A DNA stretch of 64,000 nt from Ferroacidibacillus organovorans. GTDB lineage: Bacteria; Bacillota; Bacilli; Alicyclobacillales; SLC66. Positions within the stretch are counted from its first letter, which is position 1, and every line of letters starts with the position of its first letter. Of the stretch, positions 40,635 through 51,526 are shown one piece after another. The position numbers and the translations under genes are program-made. Location of the stretch: the NCBI RefSeq assembly GCF_001642725.1, contig NZ_LSUQ01000004.1:1-64000 (forward strand). Direction: 5' to 3'. The notes beneath the pieces were generated by a model. That model made no database searches. It had not been told where the DNA came from and was given only the letters and a program-made list of their open reading frames with translations.

Positions 40635-41864
40635 ATGCAAGAGATGCAAGCGAAGACATTACTGGTCCAGCATACAAATGCGAAACATGATGATGAAACA
40701 GCGGTGATGGGCACGTACGCCCGCCAACCGCTGACGATCGTTCGCGGCGAAGGGGTGTACGTCTATGACGATCACGGCGCGCGTTATCTCGATTTCACGA
40801 GCGGCATTGCGGTTTGCGGTTTAGGGCACTGCCACCCGGCGCTGGTGGCGGCGGCAACAAACCAGATCCAGACGCTTTGGCACATGTCCAACCTCTATCT
40901 CACAGAACCGCAGGCGCATCTCGCGGCGAGACTTACGGAAGCGGCGGGAATGGACCGTGTATTTTTTAGCAACTCAGGTGCTGAGGCCAATGAGGCGGCG
41001 ATCAAAATCGCGCGCCGCTATAGTAAGCAAGTGCATGGCGCGCATAAAGGCGAGATTCTGACGTTTCAGCACTCGTTTCACGGGCGTACGATTGCAACCG
41101 TGACGGCGACTGCGCAACCGAAGTATCAAGAAGGGTTTGGACCTCTGCCAAGCGGGTTTAAATATGTTGAGTCCTTCACAATGAAATCGGTGCTCGAACG
41201 CGTGACTGAAAAAACGTGCGCGATCATGATTGAACCGATCCAGGGCGAGGGTGGCGTTCGCCCCGTTGCTGTCCCATTTCTAAAAGAGTTGCGCGCTTTC
41301 TGTGACGCGCGTGGTCTGCTTCTCATTTTTGACGAGGTGCAGACAGGCGTCGGCCGTACAGGCTCGTGGCTCGCGTGGCAGCAGATGGGAGTCAAACCGG
41401 ATATCGTCACGATGGCAAAGTCCTTGGCGGGCGGGCTGCCGATGGGCGCGATGCTTGCGACGGAGCGCGTTGCGGCGGCCTTTGCGCCGGGGACGCACGG
41501 TTCGACATTCGGTGGCAATCCCGTCGCGGCAAGCGCGGCGCTTGCAGTGCTCGATGTGGTGATGGAAGACGGATTTCTTGATACGGTGACGCGGCGCGGA
41601 CAGCAACTCTACAGTGCGCTTTGTGCGCTGGCTGCTCGGCGCACAGAAATCGTTGATGTGCGCGGCATGGGGCTGATGTGGGGGATCGAGTTTGCGACAC
41701 CGCTTGCGGGAGATCTGGTTGCCGCCTGTCGCAAGCGCGGGCTACTAGTTCTCACGGCCGGGGCGAACACGCTTCGCCTATTGCCGCCTTTGATTGTGTC
41801 GGCAGCCGATGTGGAGCGCGCTGTCGCGACGATTGCTGAAGCACTTCAGGAGATGGAGGCGTGA
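40635..41864 (+). CDS. argD: Acetylornithine aminotransferase
   Basis: NSGAEANE, SFHGRT, EPIQGEGG, DEVQTG, AKSLAGG, HGSTFGGNP. Confidence 0.95.
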   Translation: MQEMQAKTLLVQHTNAKHDDETAVMGTYARQPLTIVRGEGVYVYDDHGARYLDFTSGIAVCGLGHCHPALVAAATNQIQTLWHMSNLYLTEPQAHLAARLTEAAGMDRVFFSNSGAEANEAAIKIARRYSKQVHGAHKGEILTFQHSFHGRTIATVTATAQPKYQEGFGPLPSGFKYVESFTMKSVLERVTEKTCAIMIEPIQGEGGVRPVAVPFLKELRAFCDARGLLLIFDEVQTGVGRTGSWLAWQQMGVKPDIVTMAKSLAGGLPMGAMLATERVAAAFAPGTHGSTFGGNPVAASAALAVLDVVMEDGFLDTVTRRGQQLYSALCALAARRTEIVDVRGMGLMWGIEFATPLAGDLVAACRKRGLLVLTAGANTLRLLPPLIVSAADVERAVATIAEALQEMEA

Positions 41865-41866
41865 CC

Positions 41867-42832
41867 ATGGCGGTACTTGAGAAAAACTTAAAACAACCTC
41901 TCTACGGACGAGATTTTCTCGATTTTAGCGATTATCAGACGGATGAGATTGAATTCCTTCTGGGGATTGCCAGTGACGTTAAAAAGGCGCGCGCGCGGGG
42001 AATCCTCACGCCGTACCTGCAAGGAAAGACGCTCGGCATGATTTTTGAAAAGGCTTCGACGCGCACGCGCGTATCGTTTGAGGTTGGGATGTACGAACTT
42101 GGCGGTCACGCGCTGTTTCTTTCAAACAGTGCGACGCAGATCGGGCGTGGGGAGCCGCTTGAAGACACGGCGCAAGTTCTTTCGCGCTATGTTTCAGGAC
42201 TCATGGTGCGGACGTTTGCGCATGAGACGGTAAAGACTCTCGCGGAGTATGCGACGGTGCCAGTGATCAATGGGCTGACGGATGATCATCACCCATGCCA
42301 GGTGCTCGCGGATCTACAGACGATTCAGGAGCACAAGGGGACGCTTCGCGGCGTGACGCTTACCTATGTCGGCGACGGGAACAACATGGCAAACTCGCTG
42401 CTTCAGGCCGCGGCGCTGGTCGGAATGAATGTGCGCATCGCGAGTCCTGCGGACTACTTGCCGCAAGCGGAGGCTGTGCAATTCGCAAAAGAGCAGGCAA
42501 AGCGCTGGCAGTCTGAGGTGGTGGTGACCACAGACCCATTTGCTGCGATCAAGGACGCGGATGTGGTATATACAGACGTGTGGGCAAGCATGGGTCAAGA
42601 GCAAGAGGCAGCGTCTCGGCAGATCGCATTCGCGCCGTATCAGGTCAATCAGGAACTGATGGCAAGCGCGCGACGCGACGCAATTTTCTTGCACTGCCTG
42701 CCGGCGCATCGCGGTGAAGAGGTCGCGGCGAATGTGATTGACGGATCACAATCGGTCATTTTTGATCAGGCGGAAAATCGCCTGCACGCGCAAAAAGCGG
42801 TTTTGATCGCGCTGCTCGGCGGAATGGATTGA
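41867..42832 (+). CDS. argF: Ornithine carbamoyltransferase
   Basis: STRT, HPCQ, DVWASMG, HCLP. Confidence 0.97.
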   Translation: MAVLEKNLKQPLYGRDFLDFSDYQTDEIEFLLGIASDVKKARARGILTPYLQGKTLGMIFEKASTRTRVSFEVGMYELGGHALFLSNSATQIGRGEPLEDTAQVLSRYVSGLMVRTFAHETVKTLAEYATVPVINGLTDDHHPCQVLADLQTIQEHKGTLRGVTLTYVGDGNNMANSLLQAAALVGMNVRIASPADYLPQAEAVQFAKEQAKRWQSEVVVTTDPFAAIKDADVVYTDVWASMGQEQEAASRQIAFAPYQVNQELMASARRDAIFLHCLPAHRGEEVAANVIDGSQSVIFDQAENRLHAQKAVLIALLGGMD

Positions 42833-42879
42833 GCTTATAAGCTCGAACGGGTTGAATGAATTGGGTGGGGGAAATGACG

Positions 42880-44082
42880 ATGAATAAGAAGATTGTGCTT
42901 GCGTATTCTGGTGGACTCGATACATCAGTGGCGATCGCGTGGCTGCGCGAAACGTATGGCTATGACGTTGTGGCGATGTCGGTGGATGTCGGGGAAGGCA
43001 AGGACCTGGCGTTTGTGAAAGAGAAGGCGTACACGATCGGCGCGGTAGAGTCGCACATGATCGACGCGCGCGATAAATTTGCGTATGAGTTCATCCTGCC
43101 GAGTCTGATGGCCAATGCGCTCTACGAGGGGGTCTACCCACTGTCGGCGGCGCTCTCGCGGCCGCTGATCTCAGAGCTTCTTGTGCAGGTCGCAAAAGAG
43201 ACGGGGGCAGAGGCGGTTGCGCACGGCTGCACGGGCAAAGGGAACGATCAGGTGCGTTTTGATGTTTCGGTCGGTGCACTCTCACCGGAGCTCTCTGTGA
43301 TCGCGCCTGTGCGCGAGTGGGGTTGGACGCGCGACGATGAGATTGAATTCGCGAAAACGCATAACATCCCGATTCCGGTGACGCTTGACAGTCCGTTTAG
43401 CATTGACGCGAATCTGTGGGGGCGCAGTTGTGAGGCGGGCGTGCTCGAAGATCCGTTTGCGGAAGCGCCAGAAGAGGCGTTTGACTGGACGACAAGCCCG
43501 CTTGAGGCGCCCAATGAGCCGGAAATCGTAGAAATCGAGTTTGAAGCGGGCGTGCCCGTCGCGATCAACGGCGAGCGCATGGGTCTTGTTCAGGTGATCG
43601 AAACGCTCAATCAGACGGCGGGACGGCACGGCGTCGGTCGGATCGACCACGTGGAGAATCGCCTGGTCGGGATCAAATCGCGTGAAGTGTATGAGGCGCC
43701 TGCGGCTATCACGCTGATCAAGGCGCACCAAGCTTTGGAGTACCTGACGCTCACGCGCGAAGTGGCGCAGGCGAAGCCGGCGATGGAGCAGAAGTTTGCG
43801 GAGATCGTATACAACGGGCTGTGGTTCTCGCCGCTAAAAAAAGCGGTCGATGCGTTTATCCGCGAAACACAGCAGACGGTGACTGGAACGGTTCGCATGA
43901 AACTTTACAAAGGCTCGGCGACGGCAGTCGCATCCGCTTCGCCCTACTCGCTGTATCAGCACCATCTGGCGACGTATGCGGCAGGCGATCAGTTTGATCA
44001 CAAGGCGGCGGTTGGTTTCATCTCGCTGTTTGGGCTACCGACGCGCCTTCAGGCGACCGTGACGAAAGGATCGCAGGCATGA
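42880..44082 (+). CDS. argG: Argininosuccinate synthase
   Basis: [34 protein letters not shown]. Confidence 0.98.
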   Translation: MNKKIVLAYSGGLDTSVAIAWLRETYGYDVVAMSVDVGEGKDLAFVKEKAYTIGAVESHMIDARDKFAYEFILPSLMANALYEGVYPLSAALSRPLISELLVQVAKETGAEAVAHGCTGKGNDQVRFDVSVGALSPELSVIAPVREWGWTRDDEIEFAKTHNIPIPVTLDSPFSIDANLWGRSCEAGVLEDPFAEAPEEAFDWTTSPLEAPNEPEIVEIEFEAGVPVAINGERMGLVQVIETLNQTAGRHGVGRIDHVENRLVGIKSREVYEAPAAITLIKAHQALEYLTLTREVAQAKPAMEQKFAEIVYNGLWFSPLKKAVDAFIRETQQTVTGTVRMKLYKGSATAVASASPYSLYQHHLATYAAGDQFDHKAAVGFISLFGLPTRLQATVTKGSQA

Positions 44083-45473
44083 GCGATCGAAACGAAACAA
44101 GCAACGTGATGTGGGGCGGCCGCTTTCAAAAGCCGCCACACGTTGCGGTTCAGGCGTTAAACGCGTCGATCCATTTTGACAAGCGACTGGCGTTTGTCGA
44201 TATCGCTGGCAGTATCGCGCACGCGCGGATGCTTTTTCGCCAAGGGATCATCGCGCAGGATGACGCAGAGCGCATCATCGCGGGTCTTCAGGCGGTGCGC
44301 GCGGAGATTGAGTGCGGCGAACTTACATTTCGTGAGGACCTGGAAGATGTGCACATGAACATCGAGCACCGCTTGACGGAGTTGATCGGCGCGGCGGGGG
44401 GACGTCTTCACACCGGACGCTCGCGAAACGATCAGGTGGCCTTGGACATGCATCTGTACCTGCGTGAGCAGGTTGATGCGATTCATGAGGAGATTCGCGT
44501 CTTCGAGCGTGTGTTGCTTGACGTGGCAGAGGCGAACCTTGATGTGATCATCCCGGGTTACACGCATTTGCAGCGCGCGCAACCCGTGCTTTTCGCGCAT
44601 CACTTGCTTGCTTATGTGTGGATGTTTGAGCGCGACTGTGAGCGTTTGCGCGACGCGCGCAAACGCATCGATGCGCTGCCGCTTGGCGCGGGCGCGCTGG
44701 CGGGGACGACCTTTGCGATCGATCGCGCGGCGGTGGCCGAAAAGCTCGGGTTTGAGCACATTTACGAAAACAGTATGGATGCGGTGAGTGATCGCGATTA
44801 CATCCTGGAGACGCTCGCGGCGCTCTCGCTTTTTATGGTACACCTGTCGCGCCTGTCAGAAGAGCTCATCTTGTGGAATTCGACCGAGTTCGGGTTTATT
44901 GAACTGGACGACGCGTTTACGACTGGCTCCTCCATAATGCCGCAGAAGAAGAATCCAGACGTGGCGGAACTCGCGCGCGGCAAGGCGGGGCGCGTCTTTG
45001 GTCATTTGACGGGGCTCTTGACGGTGTGTAAAGGATTGCCCCTCGCTTACAACAAGGACCTTCAGGAAGACAAAGAGGGTGTTTTTGATGCGCTCGACAC
45101 GGTGCATCTGTTGCTTGCCGTGTTTCCTGCGATGATCTCGACAATGGGTGTCAACCGCGAGCGCATCAAGCGCGCGCTTGATGGAGATTACAGTGCGGCG
45201 ACCGATATGGCCGATTATCTCGTGCGCAAAGGATTGCCGTTTCGCCAGGCGCACGAAGTGGTAGGGCGCATCGTGAATGTCAGCATCCGTGAGAGGCGCG
45301 CATTGACCGCGTGGTCGATTGAGGCGTTGCGAAAGGAATCGCCACTCTTTGACGAGGATGTGCTCGAAAAGCTCTCGCCAGAGGCGGTCGTCAATGCTCG
45401 ACGATCGCGCGGAGGGACTGCGCGCGATCGTGTGGTAGAACAGCTGACGCTGGCGCGCGCGCGCGTAGGCTGA
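44079..45473 (+). CDS. argH: Argininosuccinate lyase
   Basis: [29 protein letters not shown]. Confidence 0.98.
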   Translation: MSDRNETSNVMWGGRFQKPPHVAVQALNASIHFDKRLAFVDIAGSIAHARMLFRQGIIAQDDAERIIAGLQAVRAEIECGELTFREDLEDVHMNIEHRLTELIGAAGGRLHTGRSRNDQVALDMHLYLREQVDAIHEEIRVFERVLLDVAEANLDVIIPGYTHLQRAQPVLFAHHLLAYVWMFERDCERLRDARKRIDALPLGAGALAGTTFAIDRAAVAEKLGFEHIYENSMDAVSDRDYILETLAALSLFMVHLSRLSEELILWNSTEFGFIELDDAFTTGSSIMPQKKNPDVAELARGKAGRVFGHLTGLLTVCKGLPLAYNKDLQEDKEGVFDALDTVHLLLAVFPAMISTMGVNRERIKRALDGDYSAATDMADYLVRKGLPFRQAHEVVGRIVNVSIRERRALTAWSIEALRKESPLFDEDVLEKLSPEAVVNARRSRGGTARDRVVEQLTLARARVG

Positions 45474-45520
45474 TCTGCGCTCGCGATGCGTGGCAGGTCA
45501 TGTAGAGATGTCCTGAACGT

Positions 45521-46945
45521 CTATTCGATTTGTGTCACGTGCTTTAGGACATGTGTCGCGGCGCGCTTTCCATCTTTGATACAGTCGGGAATTCCCATGC
45601 CCCGATAGGCGGCTCCTGCCATGGCGAGACCAGGAAAATCGTGTAGCGCTTGCTCCATGCGCGCTACGCGATTTGCGTGGCCCACATCGTACTGTGGCAT
45701 CGAAATCGGCCAACGCGTGAGGCGGTAAAACGCGGGTGTGCGTTTTACCTTCCAGATCGCGTGAAGGTCATCCTCCACAGCTTTTACAATGTCCTCATCG
45801 CTTTGTTTCAAAATTTCCTCGCTACCATCTCTCCCTACATAGCAGCGTACAACCACTTGTTTTTGATCTAGAGACGATGGCCATTTTGTCGTGACGACTG
45901 TGCATGCGGTGATGGAAAGTCCGGCGCTGCGAGGAACGAGAAATCCGGTCATCTCACGCTGTTCGGGAAACGTGGCCGCAGCAAACCCGAGAATGACGGT
46001 TGCCGTCGACGCATAGCGAATGGATGGAAGCAGATCTGTGGTGATCCCTAACGTCTCTACGATCGCGGCAGCGGCGTGAGCGGGGGTTGCCAGGATCACA
46101 GCGTCTGCCTCAAACCGTGTGGGAACATTGTCAGAAAGGTAGACAAAGGTATAGCTACCATCCGGGTTTTTCTTTAGTTGCTTCACTGGCGCGTTCGTTT
46201 TGTAGTGGACGAATTCATTCGTTTTAGCGAATAGTGCCTCAGTGAGTGTTGACAGCCCGCCTTGCAAGCTGATGAACGGAGATGACGCGCTTTGCGACGC
46301 AGGGCGTTGAGTACGTTTTTTGCTTCTTTTTGCGCCAAGCAAAAGGCTGCGGTGTGTTCGAATCAAATGTTCAATGGCAGGGGTTGCATCAGCGATGCCC
46401 ATTCGGTCAATGTCTGCTGCGTGGATGCCGGCGAGCAGAGGTGCTGCGATTTGTTCCACGACCTCGTGACCAAAGCGTAAGCGCAACAAATGGCCTAGAG
46501 AAAGTGTCTCCAACTCGGAAGTCCTTGGCAAGACGAGATCGCCGAGCGCGCGCAGTTTGCCGCGCGGACTCAGAAGAGGCGACATCGCCATGGCAGACCA
46601 TCGCGCAGGGATTCCCATGTACAGATCGCGCGGAATGGGAAAAAGCGTGTGGTTTCGGGCGAGGGATGTTTGACCGGAGACGGCGTGAATGATTTGGTCG
46701 GAGATCCCCAGTTCGCGAAGCAAAGTGACGCCGTCTGGTTTTGCGGTGAAGATCGAATCAGGGCCGAGTTCAATCCAGAACTTTTGATCTCGATGTGTCT
46801 GAATTTTTCCGCCGATGCGAGATGTCGCCTCAAACAGTGTGCATTCCAGCGGTAGGCCGCGTTCTTTGCTCTGCTCCTGCAGATGGTAGGCGGCAGTCAT
46901 TCCTGTCACGCCGCCTCCAATGATCGCAACCCGGATGAGTCTCAT
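45521..46945 (-). CDS. hemY: Coproporphyrinogen/protoporphyrinogen oxidase (HemY/CgoX)
   Basis: IIGGGVTG FAD motif, GGKIQT, ELGPDS, MPQYDVGH, GMGIPDCI; start overlaps the radical SAM stop (ATGA). Confidence 0.93.
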   Translation of the reverse strand: MRLIRVAIIGGGVTGMTAAYHLQEQSKERGLPLECTLFEATSRIGGKIQTHRDQKFWIELGPDSIFTAKPDGVTLLRELGISDQIIHAVSGQTSLARNHTLFPIPRDLYMGIPARWSAMAMSPLLSPRGKLRALGDLVLPRTSELETLSLGHLLRLRFGHEVVEQIAAPLLAGIHAADIDRMGIADATPAIEHLIRTHRSLLLGAKRSKKRTQRPASQSASSPFISLQGGLSTLTEALFAKTNEFVHYKTNAPVKQLKKNPDGSYTFVYLSDNVPTRFEADAVILATPAHAAAAIVETLGITTDLLPSIRYASTATVILGFAAATFPEQREMTGFLVPRSAGLSITACTVVTTKWPSSLDQKQVVVRCYVGRDGSEEILKQSDEDIVKAVEDDLHAIWKVKRTPAFYRLTRWPISMPQYDVGHANRVARMEQALHDFPGLAMAGAAYRGMGIPDCIKDGKRAATHVLKHVTQIE

Positions 46946-48024
46946 TCTGTTTGTGCCCCCATCTCCTTGCCGCCGCGCAGGGAGAGCGGCAAATAGGCGC
47001 AACCGGGGTCACTCTCCAACGGATCGCCTGTCACGGCAAAAGCGCGCGCACGTGATCCGCCGCAAATTTCTTTGAACTCGCACACACCACACTTTCCTTT
47101 GCGGAGTTTACGGTTTCGCAAGGAGAGCAGCAAGGGGCTCTCGCGATACAGCGTTGGGAGTGGCGTGCGCAAAACGTTTCCTATGGATACGGGAAGGAAC
47201 CCGGAAGGATAGACGTGCCCATTGTGCGATATAAAGATGAAGCCGTCCCCATCCGTGACATTTCGCCCAGGTGTGCGCTGACCATGTTGGCTTGTGATCC
47301 GCTGAAAAAAAGGAGCTTCTGTGGTTTTGATCGCAAATGGACGGATTTGAGTTTGTTCATAAAGCCACTGCAAAATGTCTTCGTTTTGCTGTGCGTCAAG
47401 CATCATGGAAGCGCGTCCTCGCCCTGTGGGGATCAGAAAAAAGAGACTCCACAGATCGATCTGGTGCTGTTCAGCGATGGCTGCGATGCCTTCCAGTTCA
47501 GTTTTGTTCCACGCTGTGACCGTCGTATTGATTTGGGTGGACAGTCCAGATTCCCTAAGGTTTTGAAGCGAGTTCATGGTCTCTTTGAATGAGCCGTGTA
47601 CAGAGCGGAAGCGATCGTGCGTAAGGTTTGTCGCACCGTCCAGACTGATTGCAAAGCGGGAAACGCCAGAGAGTACGGCACGTTGAAGGACGCTTTTGGT
47701 CAGCTTCGGGGTGACGCTCGCAGCGAGAGAGACGTGAACACCCTGGTTTACAGCATACTGAATGAGATCGAACAAGTCGGGTCTCTCTAAAGGATCGCCG
47801 CCGGTGAAGACGAGGAGGGGATGATCCATTTCCGTGATTTGATCGATCACGCGTTTTGCCTGATCGGTTGTAAGCTCGTCAGGCGCGCGGCGGGTTTGTG
47901 CTTTTGCGCGGCAGTGAACGCAGTGCAATTGACAGGCGCGGGTTAATTCCCACATGACGATGCGCGGGTGTTGTTCATACTGGAGCACACGCGTGGTTGC
48001 CGCAGAAGATTGAAGCAGTGCCAT
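46942..48024 (-). CDS. Radical SAM/SPASM protein, NirJ/AhbD-related
   Basis: WELTRACQLHCVHC (CxxxCxxC), FTGGDP, QINTTV, YPSGFLP, GKCGVCEF...CGGSRARA...DPGC. Confidence 0.9.
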   Translation of the reverse strand: MALLQSSAATTRVLQYEQHPRIVMWELTRACQLHCVHCRAKAQTRRAPDELTTDQAKRVIDQITEMDHPLLVFTGGDPLERPDLFDLIQYAVNQGVHVSLAASVTPKLTKSVLQRAVLSGVSRFAISLDGATNLTHDRFRSVHGSFKETMNSLQNLRESGLSTQINTTVTAWNKTELEGIAAIAEQHQIDLWSLFFLIPTGRGRASMMLDAQQNEDILQWLYEQTQIRPFAIKTTEAPFFQRITSQHGQRTPGRNVTDGDGFIFISHNGHVYPSGFLPVSIGNVLRTPLPTLYRESPLLLSLRNRKLRKGKCGVCEFKEICGGSRARAFAVTGDPLESDPGCAYLPLSLRGGKEMGAQTE

Positions 48025-48314
48025 TTGAAACGGCCTCTTTTCGCTTCTGAATTCAAAGATCAGTTCCTTTGAACTTATGATAAATCGGGTGCGGTCGTGA
48101 GGAGAGTTCCCTATGGACCATTCTTCCTAGATGGTTTGGAGGGGGGAGACTAGTAGAGAATGCCTAGTAGGGGTCAGAACTCTTCTGCGCATTGCCGCGT
48201 CAGCGTCAAACCTGCTCCGTCACGTACCAGGGACGTACGCTCCGTCCGCATGTTTGACTTGCTTTCTTGCACTGCTTGAAGCTTACCTGACCCCTTTTTG
48301 ATCTCCCATCCTTT

Positions 48315-49649
48315 TTAGTGGTCTGGAAAAAAGGACTCTCCTGACGCTGTATCAAGGCTTGCGCCTTGCCCGGTTTCGACACCGCGGACGTACCAGGCAA
48401 TGGCACCTGCCAATCCGATGACCCAAATGAGGATGTTGAACAACGTGTAGGCGTTTAGGCTAAAACTCTGTGTGATATAGATCGTGGCGACATACAGACC
48501 AATGCTTACAAAACGCACAAATGCAGTGTACGTTCCGCGCGACTGTGTCGGCCACACTTCACCTTTTAAGGTATCCTCTGTGAGATAGCCGATGTTTACA
48601 AACAGGTTTAAAAGAATCAGCAGAATCCAGAAGAGCGCCAAATTTTTCGACCACGCACCGAGCGTAAGCCAAATCACGATCGTGAGCGCGACGGAACCGC
48701 CGTAACCGAGAAGCAACAGTTTTTTTCGACTCAAGCGATCCGCCCAGAATCCCAAGAAACCGGAGATGAGTCCTGTCCCTGTCGCGATCAGGACGATCTC
48801 TGATTTGAAGTTTGGAAAATAGTTAGGCCCTAATACATAGGTCATCAGACCAAACCCGGCGGCGCCTGCGAATGACGTTGTGATCGTTACGAACAGTTTG
48901 AGTGGAATGCCAACGCGGCGTGAGGTGGATGGCGCTTGCTTTGCCGCAGTTGTTGCCGTGCGTGCGGCGAGTCTGCGCGCTTCGTACTCTTCACGCCCGT
49001 AAAAGCGGTCGATCTCTGCCTGTGCACGTTCGTGGTAGCCCCTTTTTTCGAGCCATGGAATCGACTCGGGCGTGTTGCGCCGCGCCAGAAACATGACGAT
49101 GAGAACGGCGAGTAGTGTAACGGCAATCATCCCGCGTTGAAACGCAATCTGTTGTGAAGCGGAAAAGAGGGTGACAATCGCAATAATAACGCCGCCGAGA
49201 TTGATGAAATTAAGCTCCAGCATCATTGCCTTGCTACGATGTTTATGAGGCATCATCTCGTGGGACGCCGCCATAATCGTGTTCATTTCACCGCCGGCCG
49301 CAAACAGCAGGAGCGCGAGAAACAGAAGAATAAGTACATAGGTCTGGCTAAAGACGATGCCGATGGCGCCAATTCCATAGAGAGACATCGTCGTATAAAA
49401 CGTATTTTTCCTTCCAATCCGATCCGCGAGTGGACCGGCAACGGCGATGCCAATCACAAGCCAGATAGGAGCCCATGCGAGCAAAAGGGACTGAAGGCTC
49501 TTGGGCATGGTGACCCAACCTGTCGCGAAGGTGGCCATGCTAAAAATGTAGTTTTCGAGCAACATCCCGAGTCCAAAAGACCAGAATGACCAATTGTCCG
49601 TACGTGTCCAGTGTTCAACAGCATGAACGTTTGTTTCTTGGGATGCCAT
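48315..49649 (-). CDS. MFS transporter
   Basis: Motif A GPLADRIGRK and repeat WADRLSRKK; about 12 TM segments. Confidence 0.9.
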   Translation of the reverse strand: MASQETNVHAVEHWTRTDNWSFWSFGLGMLLENYIFSMATFATGWVTMPKSLQSLLLAWAPIWLVIGIAVAGPLADRIGRKNTFYTTMSLYGIGAIGIVFSQTYVLILLFLALLLFAAGGEMNTIMAASHEMMPHKHRSKAMMLELNFINLGGVIIAIVTLFSASQQIAFQRGMIAVTLLAVLIVMFLARRNTPESIPWLEKRGYHERAQAEIDRFYGREEYEARRLAARTATTAAKQAPSTSRRVGIPLKLFVTITTSFAGAAGFGLMTYVLGPNYFPNFKSEIVLIATGTGLISGFLGFWADRLSRKKLLLLGYGGSVALTIVIWLTLGAWSKNLALFWILLILLNLFVNIGYLTEDTLKGEVWPTQSRGTYTAFVRFVSIGLYVATIYITQSFSLNAYTLFNILIWVIGLAGAIAWYVRGVETGQGASLDTASGESFFPDH

Positions 49650-49837
49650 TTGCAAGATCCCTCCTCAGATTTAGGATGTGCGTGAGCGGAATTGATCATT
49701 CTTCTTAGCATCAGAATATCAGAAATGAAGAATCTTCCACAGGGTTTTTGACGATGGGTGTCGAATGTAAGATGTCGAATCACGCTGTCGAAGCATCGCG
49801 AAACAGCGCCTGTCGAATTATTCAATGGAGGATTTGC

Positions 49838-50524
49838 ATGATTGAGATGCAGGACGTCTGGAAAGAGTACGGGAACGGTGTCGCCGCACTTTCTGGCATA
49901 TCCGTGCGGATCGCACAAGGAGAATTTTGCTATGTGGTTGGCCCGAGCGGTGCCGGCAAATCGACATTCATCAAACTTATGTACCGTGAAGAAAAGCCGA
50001 CGAAAGGTCAGATTTTTGTCGGTGGTTTCAATATTGAGCGATTGCGTGAGAGGCAAATCCCTATGATGCGCCGCCACATTGGGGTGGTCTTTCAAGATTA
50101 TAAATTGTTACAACCCTTGACGGTGTACGAAAATGTATCGTTTGCATTAGAAGTTATTGAAGCGTCGCGAAAGACGATTCAAAAGCGCGTCGCCGAAGTC
50201 TTGGAACTCGTTGGTCTCACTGAAAAAGCGAACATGTTGCCACGCGAACTGTCAGGTGGCGAGCAGCAGCGTGTAGGGATCGCGCGCGCACTCGTCAACA
50301 AGCCGAGTGTGATCATCGCGGATGAGCCTACCGGAAACCTTGATCCGGACAATTCGTGGACGATTATGAAACTGTTTCAACGGGTGAATGATCGCGGAAC
50401 AACGATCGTCATGGCGACGCATAATCGGGAACTCGTCAATTCGGTTCGCAAGCGCGTCATCGCGATTGAACAAGGTCGCATTGTGCGCGATCAGGAACGC
50501 GGGGAATACGGCTATGAAGATTAG
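49838..50524 (+). CDS. ftsE: Cell division ATP-binding protein FtsE
   Basis: [35 protein letters not shown]. Confidence 0.96.
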   Translation: MIEMQDVWKEYGNGVAALSGISVRIAQGEFCYVVGPSGAGKSTFIKLMYREEKPTKGQIFVGGFNIERLRERQIPMMRRHIGVVFQDYKLLQPLTVYENVSFALEVIEASRKTIQKRVAEVLELVGLTEKANMLPRELSGGEQQRVGIARALVNKPSVIIADEPTGNLDPDNSWTIMKLFQRVNDRGTTIVMATHNRELVNSVRKRVIAIEQGRIVRDQERGEYGYED

Positions 50525-51392
50525 GACGGTAGGAAGACATGCGCGGGAAGGAATGCGCAATTTATTTCGCAATGGTTGGATGACCTTCGCATCGATTAGC
50601 GCAGTTGCAGTCACCTTGTTTATCTTGGGCGGATCCATTCTCCTGAGTTTGAATGTGCAAAACATCTCCCTAAACATTGAGAGTCAGTTGCAGATTAACG
50701 CGTATGTGAGCAATGTCGTGCCTGTCAAAGCGCTCCCGGCGCTGGAAAAGCGACTCGCACACTTGAGTGGCGTGCGCTCTGTGCGCTTTGTGTCGAAAGT
50801 TCAAGCGTTGAAGCAAATGAAGCAGATCTTAAAGAGCAATGCGGATATCATGACTGGGCTTGGCAACCCGTTGCCAAACGCTTTCATCCTAAACGCAGTG
50901 AATCCGCAACAGACTGCAGCGGTTGCAAAAGAGGTGCAGAGCACGCCGGGCATTGAGAGTGTTCAGTACGGGCAGAGCTTTCTTCCAAAACTTTTGACGA
51001 TCATGAACGTCGCGCGCGATGCGGCTGTCATTCTGATCGGCGGATTGCTCATCCTCGGGATGTTTCTCATCTCAAATACGATTCGCGTCACCATCTTTAC
51101 GCGACGCCGCGAGATTGAAATTATGAAGTTGGTTGGCGCGACCAATGGCTTCATTCGCGGCCCTTTTTTCGTCGAAGGAACACTGATGGGGTTAGTGGGC
51201 GCAGCCATACCGAGCGTTGTTCTGTATGAGCTTTATCGCTGGATTGCACAGACGGTAAAACTGTTTCCACCGTTTACGCTCGTCCCGTATCCGCTTGTCA
51301 TTACGCATGTCGTTTGGGTGCTTGTCGCCTGTGGACTGTTCATGGGCGTATGGGGCAGCCTCTTTTCGATGCGCCGCTTTCTTCGCGTCTAG
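50514..51392 (+). CDS. ftsX: Cell division permease FtsX
   Basis: RNGWMTFAS, ISNTIRVTI..RRREIEIMKLVGAT. Confidence 0.95.
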   Translation: MKIRTVGRHAREGMRNLFRNGWMTFASISAVAVTLFILGGSILLSLNVQNISLNIESQLQINAYVSNVVPVKALPALEKRLAHLSGVRSVRFVSKVQALKQMKQILKSNADIMTGLGNPLPNAFILNAVNPQQTAAVAKEVQSTPGIESVQYGQSFLPKLLTIMNVARDAAVILIGGLLILGMFLISNTIRVTIFTRRREIEIMKLVGATNGFIRGPFFVEGTLMGLVGAAIPSVVLYELYRWIAQTVKLFPPFTLVPYPLVITHVVWVLVACGLFMGVWGSLFSMRRFLRV

Positions 51393-51526
51393 ACAGTGGC
51401 GTGGGGGATCACTATTTGCCTTTTGAATGGGAAGAAAGGGCTACATGAGTTCTCAAGGTTGAACCTGTCCGCATAGAGTGATGGTGTCCCGCAAACGGGA
51501 CGCTGTTCGCTGCGCGAAAAGGACAG

